A stretch of 64,000 bases of DNA, from the NCBI RefSeq assembly GCF_964204865.1, contig NC_135260.1, positions 10,044,001 through 10,108,000 of the forward strand. Direction: 5' to 3'. Below are positions 49,848-61,428 of this stretch, piece by piece. Below the pieces are notes generated by a model. The model did not search any database. It was not told the origin of the DNA and was given only the letters and a program-made list of their open reading frames with translations. Position numbers and translations under genes: made by a program. How positions within the stretch are numbered: the stretch's first letter is position 1; each line of letters starts with the position of its first letter. The DNA comes from Styela clava (taxonomy: Eukaryota).

Positions 49848-50976
49848 CAGTGTTTCCCAAACTTTTTCCTGCCAGCGCCCCCGTGGACGACTTTTTAACT
49901 AGCAAACGCCCCCCTGACAAAAAAAAGTCAAAGCAACTTTATTCTCCATTTATCATTAGTATAATGTGAAAGTTGAGCCTAGTGAAATACAACCAGCTTG
50001 ATAATATCTGGCTTCATTTCAGTCAAAAACAGTCTTGGGTCTCGTCTGACACTATCGAGAGAATCTGTCTTGATATGCAAAAGTGCGGTCACTGCACTAA
50101 ATACACGCTCTGCCGAGAATGAGCTGGCTAGACTCAGCTAGAGCAATAAAAAAACTTTTGACCCGATCTTTATTTCATTATTTATATTATATATTATTTA
50201 TTCCTTCTTCATTTCAAAGAAGAGTGATTGACAATGTTGCAAAAAAGGAATGCAATTCTTTCTAAAAATTGAGGAGAGCATTTGGAACACATTCTAGGAA
50301 CAACAAAATTTTTGTGCAAAATGTCCTAGATTTTTCGACACTTTTGGGTACAAAACACGCAAACAGAAGTTCAAGTGTAGACAAAATTAAATAATTCACT
50401 CCATTTTCGTAGAAGTAATTGGAAAATTGATGGTTCCGTTTTTTGGGGATCACGATGTATAATACTGTTTTTCAACTATAAATCAGTTAAATATGCTGCT
50501 TAAGTCACTGTATTCGTTCGACGCAACACAAATGATAAACTTACACAACACAATTATAACATAAGGGTGTTGTACTTAAACTGCCGCTTCCAAGCACCCT
50601 ACAGCCCGATGGTAAAATGAAGCTGTTATTCAATACAGTACAACGAAACGTGAAGTGAAGTATATGCCGTATGCGCTAGACTAATATTATTACAGTATTA
50701 TAAAACAATACGGATTTAAAAAAGTCATAAAACCTATTCTACATTGAGTGAGAAATTTCCAACACCGAAATCACAAGCAAACTAGTTTGAACCAAAACAT
50801 AGGAGTAAATGACATAAAATATCACATTTCTTGTGAGTTCCCGTATTGATGTAAGCGCCCCCCAATTGCCCAGTTTGACAGCCAGCGCCCCCCAATTGCC
50901 CAAATCGCCATCAGCACCCCCAAAGTTATAGTAATCGCCCACAAGGGGGCGTTTTCGCCCACTTTGGGAACCGCTG
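49848..50976. mobile_element. Non-autonomous hAT (Charlie-type) element with perfect 8-bp TSD CTCTAACT
   Basis: CAGTGTTTCCCAAA ... TTTGGGAACCGCTG with CGCCCCC subterminal repeats. Confidence 0.88.
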
Positions 50977-51009
50977 CTCTAACTGGAAGTGATGCTTGTT
51001 GAATTGTCG

Positions 51010-51170
51010 AAATGCGCGGTTCGGCTGGCGTTATCTCAGTTGGCCGCGCGCTCGGCTCGGCTAGGATGTTCGTACTACGAATTTCCGTTCGAGTACCGCA
51101 GTATTTTTGACTCGATTTTTTTGGTCGACTACCCAATTGTTCGAGTGTCGAGTCGTTCAATTACTGAAGT
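51010..51170. repeat. Dispersed repeat fragment; reverse-complement partner of 17652-17805
   Basis: TTCCGTTCGAGTACCGCAGTATTTTTGACTCGATTTTTTTGGTCGACTA. Confidence 0.65.
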
Positions 51171-51306
51171 AACCCTGTGTGTACAATGAGGCTTAATTAC
51201 ACTCTACACAGTTTCAAACTAAGCAACTTCTAGAATCATATCCATACCATGCTCATCCGAATTTAACACGCGCTATGCATTTGGACTCTCTTGATTATTT
51301 TATATG

Positions 51307-53882
51307 CAGGGCTAGGACTAACCATTGAGCAAAATGAGCACGTGCTTAGGGCACCGAGGTAGAAGAGGCACCACTGCAATTTCCATAGTTGAATTTCCAA
51401 TGGCGCTTCAGTGTTTAATGAAATAAGCCCACAGTTTGTCGATCACTGACATAGATCAACGGCTCTGGGTGTGTGAGCCATAAAATTGGATCGTAACATG
51501 GACATTTCGGTCAAAACCACCTTTATTGTAATTTCGAAGTAAAATTAGTTGTAAGGTGAATGTATTTATCCTGATGGTGGTATGATGGCAAGCGATATAA
51601 CTGTCCTCAGAGCGGTGGATACTCCGTACCGTAATTTATGTCGGATCATCTAAATTTCCACTATCCGTTCAAAAGGGGTCATTCTGGGTGTAAAGATAAT
51701 TTTCAATTATTGTCTAAATACCTGAAGAATCGGGACCCTTCTTTAATCTGCAAAATTGTCAAGAACTCTAATATTTGTATTCAATCTGCCAGAAAAATCA
51801 TTACGGAAGATAACAACAAAGAAGGATCAATACCAGACACCTGCTGATGCAAAGTTATAGCTTAAATAGCCTCAATGGCTAATTAGCCTCGATTCATTAA
51901 AATGTGTGTGAATATTGAAGTAAATTGTCCCTAATCGAGCATTTTTACCAAAAAACTAAGTTGTCAACGGTAGACATTTTGATATTGTGTGTAATATTTT
52001 GTACTTTTTATGGGCGCTTTTGTCGCAAATCATTAACTAGTGATGCATGCCTTGTCGTTCTTGCATGCATTTGTGCAAACATTGTCTGTCATTAAAACTG
52101 AACGTGCGATAGGTTTGTGCCGGAAGCAATTTTGATATCACCAGACACATTTTGTCAAGAAACAATCGATGTAGTCGTTCTAAAACTAAAGAAAATGTCT
52201 CAGAAGCTCTCCAGTGTCATTGTAACTACAAGGAAAGTTACAAATGAAGAGACAGGTATTGACTTGCACGTATATGAAGAACGGAAAAACTTTGCTTCTA
52301 AACGAACAATCAGGGCGACTGTTTATAATATAATTGTTGTGAGTAACTTACAGACACTTAATGCAAAAGCAGGCGAAACAGTGCAGTATACAATCGACAA
52401 ATCTCATGATGATTGCGAGAAGTTACATAAGAATTTATCAAAAAAATTTCCTGGAACGTTGATCCCAGAGATGCCAAGTAAACCTATCCGCATGATGGAT
52501 ACAGCAGAAAAGGCGAAAACAAGGAAATCTCAAGTCGGCAACTTTTTATCCTTTTGTGCGAAGACGCCAAAAATAAGCAAGTCAGAAGTAGTATTAAAAT
52601 TTCTCGGCGTTGAAAATGTAAAACTAGATGGCAAAAGTGAAGATGACGAGCCTAGCGAAAGTCAGGAATCACCAACTCCAGTGATGTCCAAACCAAACGT
52701 TGACTTGTTTACTCCGGCCATTGATTCATCTCATGAAATATTTTCGGAAGAAATAGAAAACCAGCAAGAAGAAGAAGGCGAAGAGGAGATCGATTACACA
52801 CCACATAATTTGAAAAAAAGCAAAAATAAAACAGAAGAAATATCTTCATCCGGGCGCGAGGTGAAGTTATTCGACGATAAAGATACCGATACACCAATGA
52901 TTGAAAATGCTGTCGTAGCTCAAAAAATAAATGAGGTTACGACAGAACAGGAAGTGGAAGATGGATTATTCGATTATGCAGATAGTGACGAGGATTTAGA
53001 CGAGTTACTTCGCAAATTAGAAAACACAAAAAATACGCGACAAGCAAGAGAAAAGGATATTGCGGAAAAAAGAAAGGCTGCACAAAACTCAAATATCAAA
53101 ACGGCTGTAGAGCCAGAAGCGGGAGATTTTGATGTCAACGATATTTCTAAATACATATCAGAAAACGTTGTGAACATGAACGACCTTAACCTCGGTTTGT
53201 AACATCAATAAAAAAGATTTGGCGGTAAAGTGAAACCGTGTTTATATACTATATAGCAGTGCAATATTGAGATGCTTATATTGATTTATGTTTTAACTAT
53301 ATATATTCTATTGCAATATTTCGCTAGTGTTTGAACTAACATTTCATCCAATCGATAAAACAGACATTTCCAAACTACCATTTTGTGAATATTTCCTAAT
53401 AAAATAATAGCAAACATTTGTCAGTTTTTGTTCAGTTACTGATGTCGCCAAGAATTATGTATTGGCAAATTTTTTCCATTTGTTAATGTTTTGCAGCCAT
53501 TCTGGGGACGCACGCAGTAAACGCAGGCGGGTTTTATAATCATCTCTGCTTTTTTCTACCACAACCTTTCTTAGAATCTCGCAAAACAACGGGAACGAAA
53601 AAATGTTTACAACAATGCCTGCATATCTGTCTGAGCGATTGAATAAATTACAATAGTTTCGTCATTGTTAACTCGTTGCTGATTTGTCATTGTTAAGGAA
53701 ATAAACAAAGAAATTGATTCTGTGAAAACATCCTTTGTACTGAAAATCATTCAATTTCAGATAATATGAAACACAAGTTTATCATTATTTTTTACAATTA
53801 GGACACCAAAGTCTAAAGTGCTTAGGTCCTGTACTGTACTGCCCATCTCCATTAGGTCACGAAATCTTATGTCATGTCCTTG
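51307..53882 (+). mobile_element. Decayed hAT (Tip100/ZMYM1-DUF4371-type) transposon relic enclosing HS1BP3
   Basis: Left end CAGGGGCTAGGACTAA..GTGCTTAGGGCACC. 5' transposase remnant PFKRGHSGCKDNFQLLSKYLKNRDPSL (ORF 51638-51847). 3' dimerisation-like remnants MFTTMPAYLSERLNKL (from 53603) and ADLSLL (from 53678). Right end GGACACCAAA..GTGCTTAGG..GTCCTTG. No TSD. Confidence 0.5.
52195..53202 (+). CDS. HS1BP3: HCLS1-binding protein 3 homolog (PX domain), intronless, 335 aa from the first ATG
   Basis: TGIDLHV..VYNIIVVSNL..VQYTIDK..L.KKFPGTLIPEMP..R..FL..KSEVVLKFLG matches the HS1BP3-type PX domain. Acidic tail with LF motifs and C-terminal DVNDISKYI. The GTG start at 52117 in the track is unlikely. 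Confidence 0.85.
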   Translation: MSQKLSSVIVTTRKVTNEETGIDLHVYEERKNFASKRTIRATVYNIIVVSNLQTLNAKAGETVQYTIDKSHDDCEKLHKNLSKKFPGTLIPEMPSKPIRMMDTAEKAKTRKSQVGNFLSFCAKTPKISKSEVVLKFLGVENVKLDGKSEDDEPSESQESPTPVMSKPNVDLFTPAIDSSHEIFSEEIENQQEEEGEEEIDYTPHNLKKSKNKTEEISSSGREVKLFDDKDTDTPMIENAVVAQKINEVTTEQEVEDGLFDYADSDEDLDELLRKLENTKNTRQAREKDIAEKRKAAQNSNIKTAVEPEAGDFDVNDISKYISENVVNMNDLNLGL

Positions 53883-54433
53883 CTGAGCAACATCCTAAAA
53901 ATTTTGAGTGTAAAAATTCAATGAAGCTGAGAATCTAATGTCATTAAATTTGACACTGCCTTCAAATATTTATCTTAAAACTCACAACACCTAAAGATGG
54001 ATTAACATGGTAGGAAGATACTCTTTGTACAGTTTCCCCACACACTTGAGACAAATTTAACCATATGTTAGAAATGAATTTTCTAATATCAAACAAGTGA
54101 ACATAAATGAGGAACATGCTTTCCACTTTAATCATAATGCATTTCATAAAATATCGATGGTCCATGCATCCTTGTATATGGCAAGTGATTGGATTTGGGA
54201 ACATAAATTATGGATTTGGGAACATAAATTAAAACAGCAATGATTGAATGTTTATATGGAGACCATGTAATTATATAATCCAAAATAATAATAGTATAGA
54301 GAGACCCATTTTAAACAGGCATGAAAACATAACTTTTACATGTTTAGAATTAATCATTCAGTCATTGGATAATAATAAGCATGCTTCAGCATCACAGTCA
54401 TTTTCAAGAAATGAATTTTTAGAAAATTTTACA

Positions 54434-56476
54434 TCATAGCCCGATGGTATAAGATCTACCATTTGGGTTGTGTATTTGACTTGCTTGTGGAGAAGTGACA
54501 CACCATTCATACCAAACCTTTTTTCCATTGGAACAACGCCAAAAATCAGTCTGTAATGTACAACCTTCGGTAAGAGGGATTGGATTCATCAAGGGAACGA
54601 AAATTGGAAACCAACTGAACATTCCCGGTGAATGTGTTTTCGGTTCGATACTGATTTCAACATCTTTGTACAATGCGCATCTGAAATAACCACCAAATCC
54701 ATGCAGCATAGTGTCAAAAGGAATTGTGCAAGAAAATTGTTGATATCTTGTGTTGTGACTATTTGTTGGCATTGTCGGAGTTGATTTGATTTGATTGTTA
54801 GCTTTAGTTGGATCAATGTGATTGTGTTGACTATCTTGAATCTGATTAACTTCAGTTTTCCCATTCGTTTCCATGTCCTCTTTATCCTTTACATCTTTTT
54901 TGCTGAACTTCTTGTCCCAAACTTCTGCGGAAACGTCGGCATGGAACTCTGGTTTAGGATTTTGACTATCCAAATCCCAGTTTGGATGATTGAATGTGAA
55001 CAACGGAACTGGTTCAGTAAGTTCATGATAATTATGAATACGAACCACATACAAAGTTTCAAAAGCAGCTTCGGGTGTCTTATTTTTATCCAGACCCATC
55101 ACACCTTTTATCTCATTGTAAAGTTTATGAGATGAGATAGGAGATATGTAAGATGTGTATGACTGCGGGATACTGACTGCATCTGGTTTTAGGAAGCGAT
55201 TTGCCCCGTCTAAGCACTCCGGTGACAATTCATTGTCACCCAATGATCCTAGCAACTCTGAAACAACAATATCAGCTAGCTCAGGAGCCTTCCAAAACCT
55301 CATATCAGATGAAACTACAGTGACATCATAGTCTTTCCACTCTGTCGTGCACAGATGTTGCAAAAGTACAGCAGCATTTCTGTTTTTTTCTACTGCATAA
55401 AGACGAACTTTTCTTTGAGCTCTTTTAGCACCTCTGAGTGACATTCTAACGAGAGGGCCGCGACCCGCACCAAGCACCATGATAACAGCTGTTTGCTGTT
55501 CTTTTGCGGAATCAGGAATTTGGTCAAGCAAGCAACGATAAACTGCTTCCTCATACTTTTTATATTTGATAGGATCTCTTTCAAAGATTTCATAGGTTGA
55601 CGATTCCAAATTATCCATGAGAGGCTGGAGTGGTGCTTGCAAATGATCTTCATAACCTTTTGAAAATTTTTCATATTCTCCTAGATTTTGAGCACCTTGG
55701 AATAAATGATCCAAGTATTGATGATACACTAGGATTCCTTCTGCATTATTCAAGTTAGGACCAGACAATACAATTTGACAATTCAACTTCATGAGATTTT
55801 TAACAAATTGCTGATGAGCACGGGACAAAACAGGAAATCCTTTTTGATTCATCAGAAAAACAGAAGTTGGAATATAAACCACACGAATAGGTTCACCTTG
55901 CCATCTTTCCAACTGACTCGGTAAGTCTGCAGTTAATTCCAATGCTAATCCGATTCTACTGTGATGGCTGCATAAGGTTCGAAATTTATTCCACCAGTGC
56001 CATGTATCCTCCTCACAATTTCTGGAGTGTAAAGGGACTTTAACCCATATGTGGACATTATGATGACCTTCATATAAAAAGGTGTTTATCATTCTGGCAA
56101 TATTTGAACAATTTTTGCTCTTGATTTCAACAATAATCGCAGGTAAGCTCAAAAAAGCAACAAAATGAAGCTCTTGTTTCACAGCTTCTTCCGCACAAAT
56201 ACGCTTCTCTGTTACAACAGATGTCAAATCAGGAAAATAAGAAAGTTTGCCAACGACAAGGGAAGCCCATTCTTGTGAATTGAATAAAAATGATGTGTCT
56301 GTAACACCACCAAGTTTATTACATAGATTCGCTGTTTCAAATGGTGTGCAGCCTTGTCTGACAACATTCGCACATATAAAGTCATAGCCATTTCTACTAG
56401 AATTCTCAATAGATTCTTCAAGATCTTCAGTAAATTCAATATCTAGTCCGCAAGATACACGGTTTCTTGAGGCCAT
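54434..56476 (-). CDS. PRMT5: Protein arginine N-methyltransferase 5, intronless, 680 aa
   Basis: TIM-barrel N-terminus, PLQPLMDNLES.TYEIFERDPIKY, VLGAGRGP, double-E loop SELLGSLGDNELSPECL, MFSWFP and C-terminal SYTIGL. Confidence 0.98.
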   Translation of the reverse strand: MASRNRVSCGLDIEFTEDLEESIENSSRNGYDFICANVVRQGCTPFETANLCNKLGGVTDTSFLFNSQEWASLVVGKLSYFPDLTSVVTEKRICAEEAVKQELHFVAFLSLPAIIVEIKSKNCSNIARMINTFLYEGHHNVHIWVKVPLHSRNCEEDTWHWWNKFRTLCSHHSRIGLALELTADLPSQLERWQGEPIRVVYIPTSVFLMNQKGFPVLSRAHQQFVKNLMKLNCQIVLSGPNLNNAEGILVYHQYLDHLFQGAQNLGEYEKFSKGYEDHLQAPLQPLMDNLESSTYEIFERDPIKYKKYEEAVYRCLLDQIPDSAKEQQTAVIMVLGAGRGPLVRMSLRGAKRAQRKVRLYAVEKNRNAAVLLQHLCTTEWKDYDVTVVSSDMRFWKAPELADIVVSELLGSLGDNELSPECLDGANRFLKPDAVSIPQSYTSYISPISSHKLYNEIKGVMGLDKNKTPEAAFETLYVVRIHNYHELTEPVPLFTFNHPNWDLDSQNPKPEFHADVSAEVWDKKFSKKDVKDKEDMETNGKTEVNQIQDSQHNHIDPTKANNQIKSTPTMPTNSHNTRYQQFSCTIPFDTMLHGFGGYFRCALYKDVEISIEPKTHSPGMFSWFPIFVPLMNPIPLTEGCTLQTDFWRCSNGKKVWYEWCVTSPQASQIHNPNGRSYTIGL

Positions 56477-58246
56477 CTTAGGTTATAGTAAGCTATAATT
56501 TTAAGTAGTTATATTATTGATTTTGGTCCTAAAATTTAAATAGTAAAGCACACTTTTACCAAATCTCTAAAAACTTGTTTTTTCTTTAATGCCAACGACT
56601 ACCAAACACATATATGGTCACACAGGATTAAAAATGATGAAACATGACTACCAGTATGTTTTGTTCAGTTTTCAACGGCATAAAAGGATGATTTACATAA
56701 GGTTAAGGAGGACTCCAGAGTAGATACGATCAAAATTATTAAAATATTTTTTTGTACCGTTTCAATTTGAGGCATGATACTGACATATAAACAATTATCC
56801 GCAACAATTATACACTTTGAAAAAATAATCTAATTCGCTGATTGAAAAAAATTTTACCGAAGCATTTGAGTTTTTAGCTGAAAAACATAATTTTGGTCAC
56901 CAGACGTCCAAGTCATGATTGATTTAAATTATTACCGAGAGAATCTTGGCGTGATGTAACTGTTTTAGAGCCAAAAGGGAGTGCTTGTTATATTGAACCA
57001 AATGTTGGGACATCTTGGAATCGAAGAACTGTGCCCTAATGATGACTGGATGGTATAAAAGTAAAGTCGAATCATGTGAAATTTCAGATATTTAAATACT
57101 GATTGAATCGAAAGACCAGAAAAGGCAGCAAGAACAATAGCAGAATAGACTATGTGTGTGTCATAAGATAAATTGTTATAATGTTTTCTTATTCCTGTAT
57201 TCTGTTTAAAATGAAGTCTGAAGGAAGGCTACGATGACATTTATGCCAAAATAATTCGCACACTTTCCACACACAGACACACATGTAGGCTACGGTAGCT
57301 AACTTGTTTCTAATTCTCATATTTAATATATCAGTAGAAATTTGAAGTCAGGAGTTCATTAATTATAAACTAACGTGGAATCATACTACCATAGCATCCA
57401 TAAATGCGTATTACATTGTTTGTCTAATAAAAAAAAAGAAAAGAATGCGGATCGAGCAGGGCGGGAACTAATCCTTATGGATGTTTGGAATTATACTACA
57501 GTACCATAGTCAAAAGGTTTTGAACAATAATTTACAAGCAAGTTGCCAAGATTAAACCCTCACACAGATCGAGACTATTACATGCTTCCAGTTAGCAAAT
57601 CAACATGAAGTAAATACAAACATAAACTCCACCCCACCTGCTATCAAAGAAAATATCCCCGCATGCACCAGCAAAGTGCACAATCCACATGCTACTAGTG
57701 CGGTGGTGTATGGAGTGGAAATCTAGAGTCCGAACGTAATTCGATTTAAGTACACCTGCATATATGAAATTTACGTATATGCCTTTATGTGGTGATTACC
57801 ACCGTAATATAAGTAAATTCAAGTTTGAATGGAATAGCTAAATCTTAACACATAATGTCTTATTTTCCTTATTATTTTCCAATTCTTACAAAATTATTAA
57901 CATGGTGTGGCAAATTATTTTTTTTTAATTTGTTTGTATATTATTCTTTTTATTAGGTAATATCTTTTATGTTTCAATTTTTATTTTAAACCTTAGGATT
58001 TACATCCTGAAGGATCCTATTTTAAACCTTACTTAAGTTTTTTTTGCTCTCCTGATTCTGTAATCAGTTTTATTTACTTAGTTTTTATCAACAATTTTAT
58101 TGTCTATTGTGCTGATCATGGAATCGAAATAAACTATTCCACGTAATAGTCTACGACTACGGTATGTGTAAATGTTAGTTCTTCATGCGTTTATATTCTC
58201 ATTTTTGAGGAAATTGCAGTTGATTTTATTCAGCGATCCCGTCGGG

Positions 58247-59016
58247 CCGTGGTTCTCATAGTGCGTCGTTTCAATTTTGCTAGGGCGTCCCAAAACTTTT
58301 TTCTTTTGCGGAATCGTACCTGTTTTGCGGTGCGTAAAAAAGTTTGAAAACGTCTAAATATCGCTGTAGAAATGTACGAGCGTAAAAATGATACCGAACA
58401 AGAAGTATGATGAAAGCTACTTGGACTTTGGATCGTTCAAGTTTCGAGTAAAAAAGCGCTGTGGTTTTTGTTGCAACTGGGGATGCGATGTACTTACTAC
58501 ATGCCGTTCAGGCTTATTAGGTAACCGGTTTCACTGGCTGAAATCTTGCTACAACAACATATTACGGCTTTTGTTCGCCATTTTGTGAACGGAATCGATA
58601 TAAAAAGAAATTTTAATCACGAAAATGTTATGAGTTTTTGGATTTCCCCGGATAAAGATTATCCTTCCTTGCGGATAAAAAAAAGGCATTGCGCACTCTC
58701 ATCCCCCGCGACTTCATATTCATGTGAAGCAGGCTTTGCTACCATGGCTGTAATAAAGGCAAAATATCGTTCTCGAGAAAACGTTGAAAGGAAAATGCGT
58801 ATTCACCCCAAGACTCAATGACAATTGTGAAAGGAAGCAAGAACACCCATCACATTAAATGCAATTTCACCGACTTTCGGTAAATTTTGTTTGCTTGTTT
58901 AAATAAAGCTCATTACAAAAAGGTCTTTAATTGTATTAAGACGTTTTCACGGGGAGCCGCAACTCGAGCATATTTTTCGGAAGGCGTCACAACACAAAGA
59001 AGTTTGAGAACCACTG
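58247..59016 (+). mobile_element. Internally deleted hAT-Charlie element with transposase remnants
   Basis: CCGTGGTTCTCA ... TGAGAACCACTG. N-terminal KKYDESYLDFG (ORF 58388) and C-terminal FWIS..KDYP.L..ATSYSCEAGFATM..IKAKYRSR.NVE..MR (ORF 58546-58821), as in the ZBED5/ZBED8/SCAND3 family. Confidence 0.88.
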
Positions 59017-61428
59017 CGGTTGTAGGCAATCCGTAACTGACGTCCCAAACATAGGCCACATGAAACACTCCACGACAACAGGGGTCTCAGCAATCCTCCC
59101 CCACTCAAGATTTGAATCCGCACACATTAAGCACGAGGCATTTTACTCCCATATTTTTTCATTTAAGTTTCTGTGAACTATGAAAACTAACGCAAATTTC
59201 TCAAAAACCAGACTGTGTAGTTTACAGACTGTGTCAAAATAATACTGCCGTATCAAAGATACTGATACCTTAAACTTTAATAAGTAAAGCTCAATTAAGT
59301 TGATAAAATACAAATTAATGTATAGACTCTCAAGTTTTATTACTTGTTTCAAACTACCAAAGTTCCACAGATAAATTACAATAACTAAATTACATTTACT
59401 GGTCACATAAAAATGAACCAGACCTAATAACTACATATGATGAATAATATGCACAATGCAACTAATGTAACAATGATTCTAGGGCTAACTACCAAGCCAG
59501 TAAAATGCCAACAATCCACACAAATTCTCATAATTAGCACTACTGGGTATAAACTTGAAACCAGACGATACTTGACAATGAGTGATAATAAGGTCTGTTT
59601 TAGATCAGTCGAGAGAAGTTTGTTCATCGAATATAGATAAGCTGACCTGTGCGAAGTGGAAACACTTCTCCGGAATGCAGTTTTAGATTGAAAGAAATAT
59701 AAGCATTGCACTGCAAGAAAAAAATAAATAAGCAAACTATATTGCGCTACCCCGTCTATATATGCAGCTCAGAAAAGACAGAAGCAGTAGAGATGAGACC
59801 TTGCGATGTAATATGCATTGCTTCAAACGAAAATTATGAATTTCATCTTGAATTTAGAACATACACAGTTGCATTGGAATTGGCAAAACCTAAATCTTTG
59901 AAAGTTGGGCAGACACAGTTGATGAATTAAGACATCAAAGAAAAACTTGTGCAAAATAATAAAGTTGACTTTCTGTGTATACTATATACATGTACAGTAC
60001 ATTAATTGTAAGACATAAATCAAAAATTTGACAGAGTTTGTACAACGAAAGTGCTTCGATGATATAAAATAAATTGTCAATCCTACATAAATATAGATGA
60101 TAGGATAAAGTAATCTTGATTAAATAAAAAAAACCAGACAAACTTAAACTATAATCACAATTAGATTTTCAGCCTTACAAAGTGCAATAAACGTTTGTCC
60201 GATAAATCCCCAAAAAAGTGTATTCTATATCCATAATATTACATGCAATAACTGTCCATTTGTGATACATTATAGCAAATCTAAGGAAATTTATTGCAGA
60301 AACAAACTTTATTTCATTAATATTATCCCAATATAGCAAATTAAGAACATGGTGAAGAAAACAATAAAACCAAATGGAAAATAAAAAAAAAATTATTAGT
60401 ACCTTGTAATCTAAAACAATAAAATAAACTAGAATAACATATTGAAGAAATTAAAGGTATGAAAGAAAGGTTTGGATAGACATATTCACATAGTAAGACG
60501 AGGAACGATTTTGTTTTCACCTTAATCATGTTTTGCAATATTTCTCCGAACGAAAAAAGTTGGAAATCTGTTTAAAATCAGACATATTTCACCTAAAGTG
60601 TTGACAGCATAAATGTCTTGAACTGGCACTTCCTTTTACAAGGTATATATGCTTCACTGGTCCTGACAGTATAAAAATAGCCTAAAACTACATGGAATTA
60701 TTACAATTACATAACAGTATACATAGAAAAAAACTTGTCACTAAAGTACGAAAAATAGTTTATTCAGTTCAGAATTTACTCTCTGAAAGCATGATAATTT
60801 TATTAATCAAACTCGAACCATTAAGCATCACTAAAAAATTGATTCGAAAAAAAAAATCCATCTATTCCAATAATTTCATTGAATAACCATTTGAAACCAA
60901 AATTTTGGTTGATTAGAGCTCTCCAACTCTAAGAATGGTAGACTGTGGTGGGTAAAAATGTATGTGTAATATTTTGATTTTCGCTCAACCACATCATGTT
61001 CAATTTTCATAAACATACTTCTGTACAGATTTACGACATGATTATGAGTATCATGAATAAACAGAGTTCAAAGTAAATGAAAAAAAAAGTTTAAATATTG
61101 AGGGCATCAAAATGTTCCAAATTCATTGAATTACTAATAAATAGAACCAAAAAAAGTCGAATTTTAATCTCCTTGGTCAAATCCTATTTGACATATATTG
61201 AAATTTTGCCGCCTTTTTAGATCCAATTCCGATATTACAGTTTATTTTATCAACTGAAAGCATCAAAAGCACCTTTTTGAATACACTCATTTAAAAGGAA
61301 TATTTAATCTCTTTTGATATTGAAAATCAGTGGTGTAACTAACATTAGATATTCATGAAGAACTGTGGAACTGATAAATATGGAATTAGGTAGCACCTAG
61401 ATGTAGATGATTGCCATCTGTAACTTTC

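Noticed and set aside
52117-52194. GTG-initiated N-terminal extension of HS1BP3 in the ORF track
   Set aside because: This is a eukaryotic gene, and similarity starts after the ATG at 52195.
54495-56439. Several ORFs overlapping PRMT5
   Set aside because: They are alternative-frame or antisense shadows with no recognisable motifs.
57036-57105. C/D-box snoRNA (ATGATGA...CTGA)
   Set aside because: No terminal stem and no recognisable rRNA guide; such motifs are expected by chance.
56703-57740. Kolobok-like TTAA element
   Set aside because: Only a 9/10 inverted match and no right-hand TTAA.
56477-61428. HID1-PRMT5 operon (same strand; tunicates have SL-resolved operons)
   Set aside because: The gap is about 5 kb and contains a hAT element. 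Ascidian operon genes usually abut. No direct evidence.
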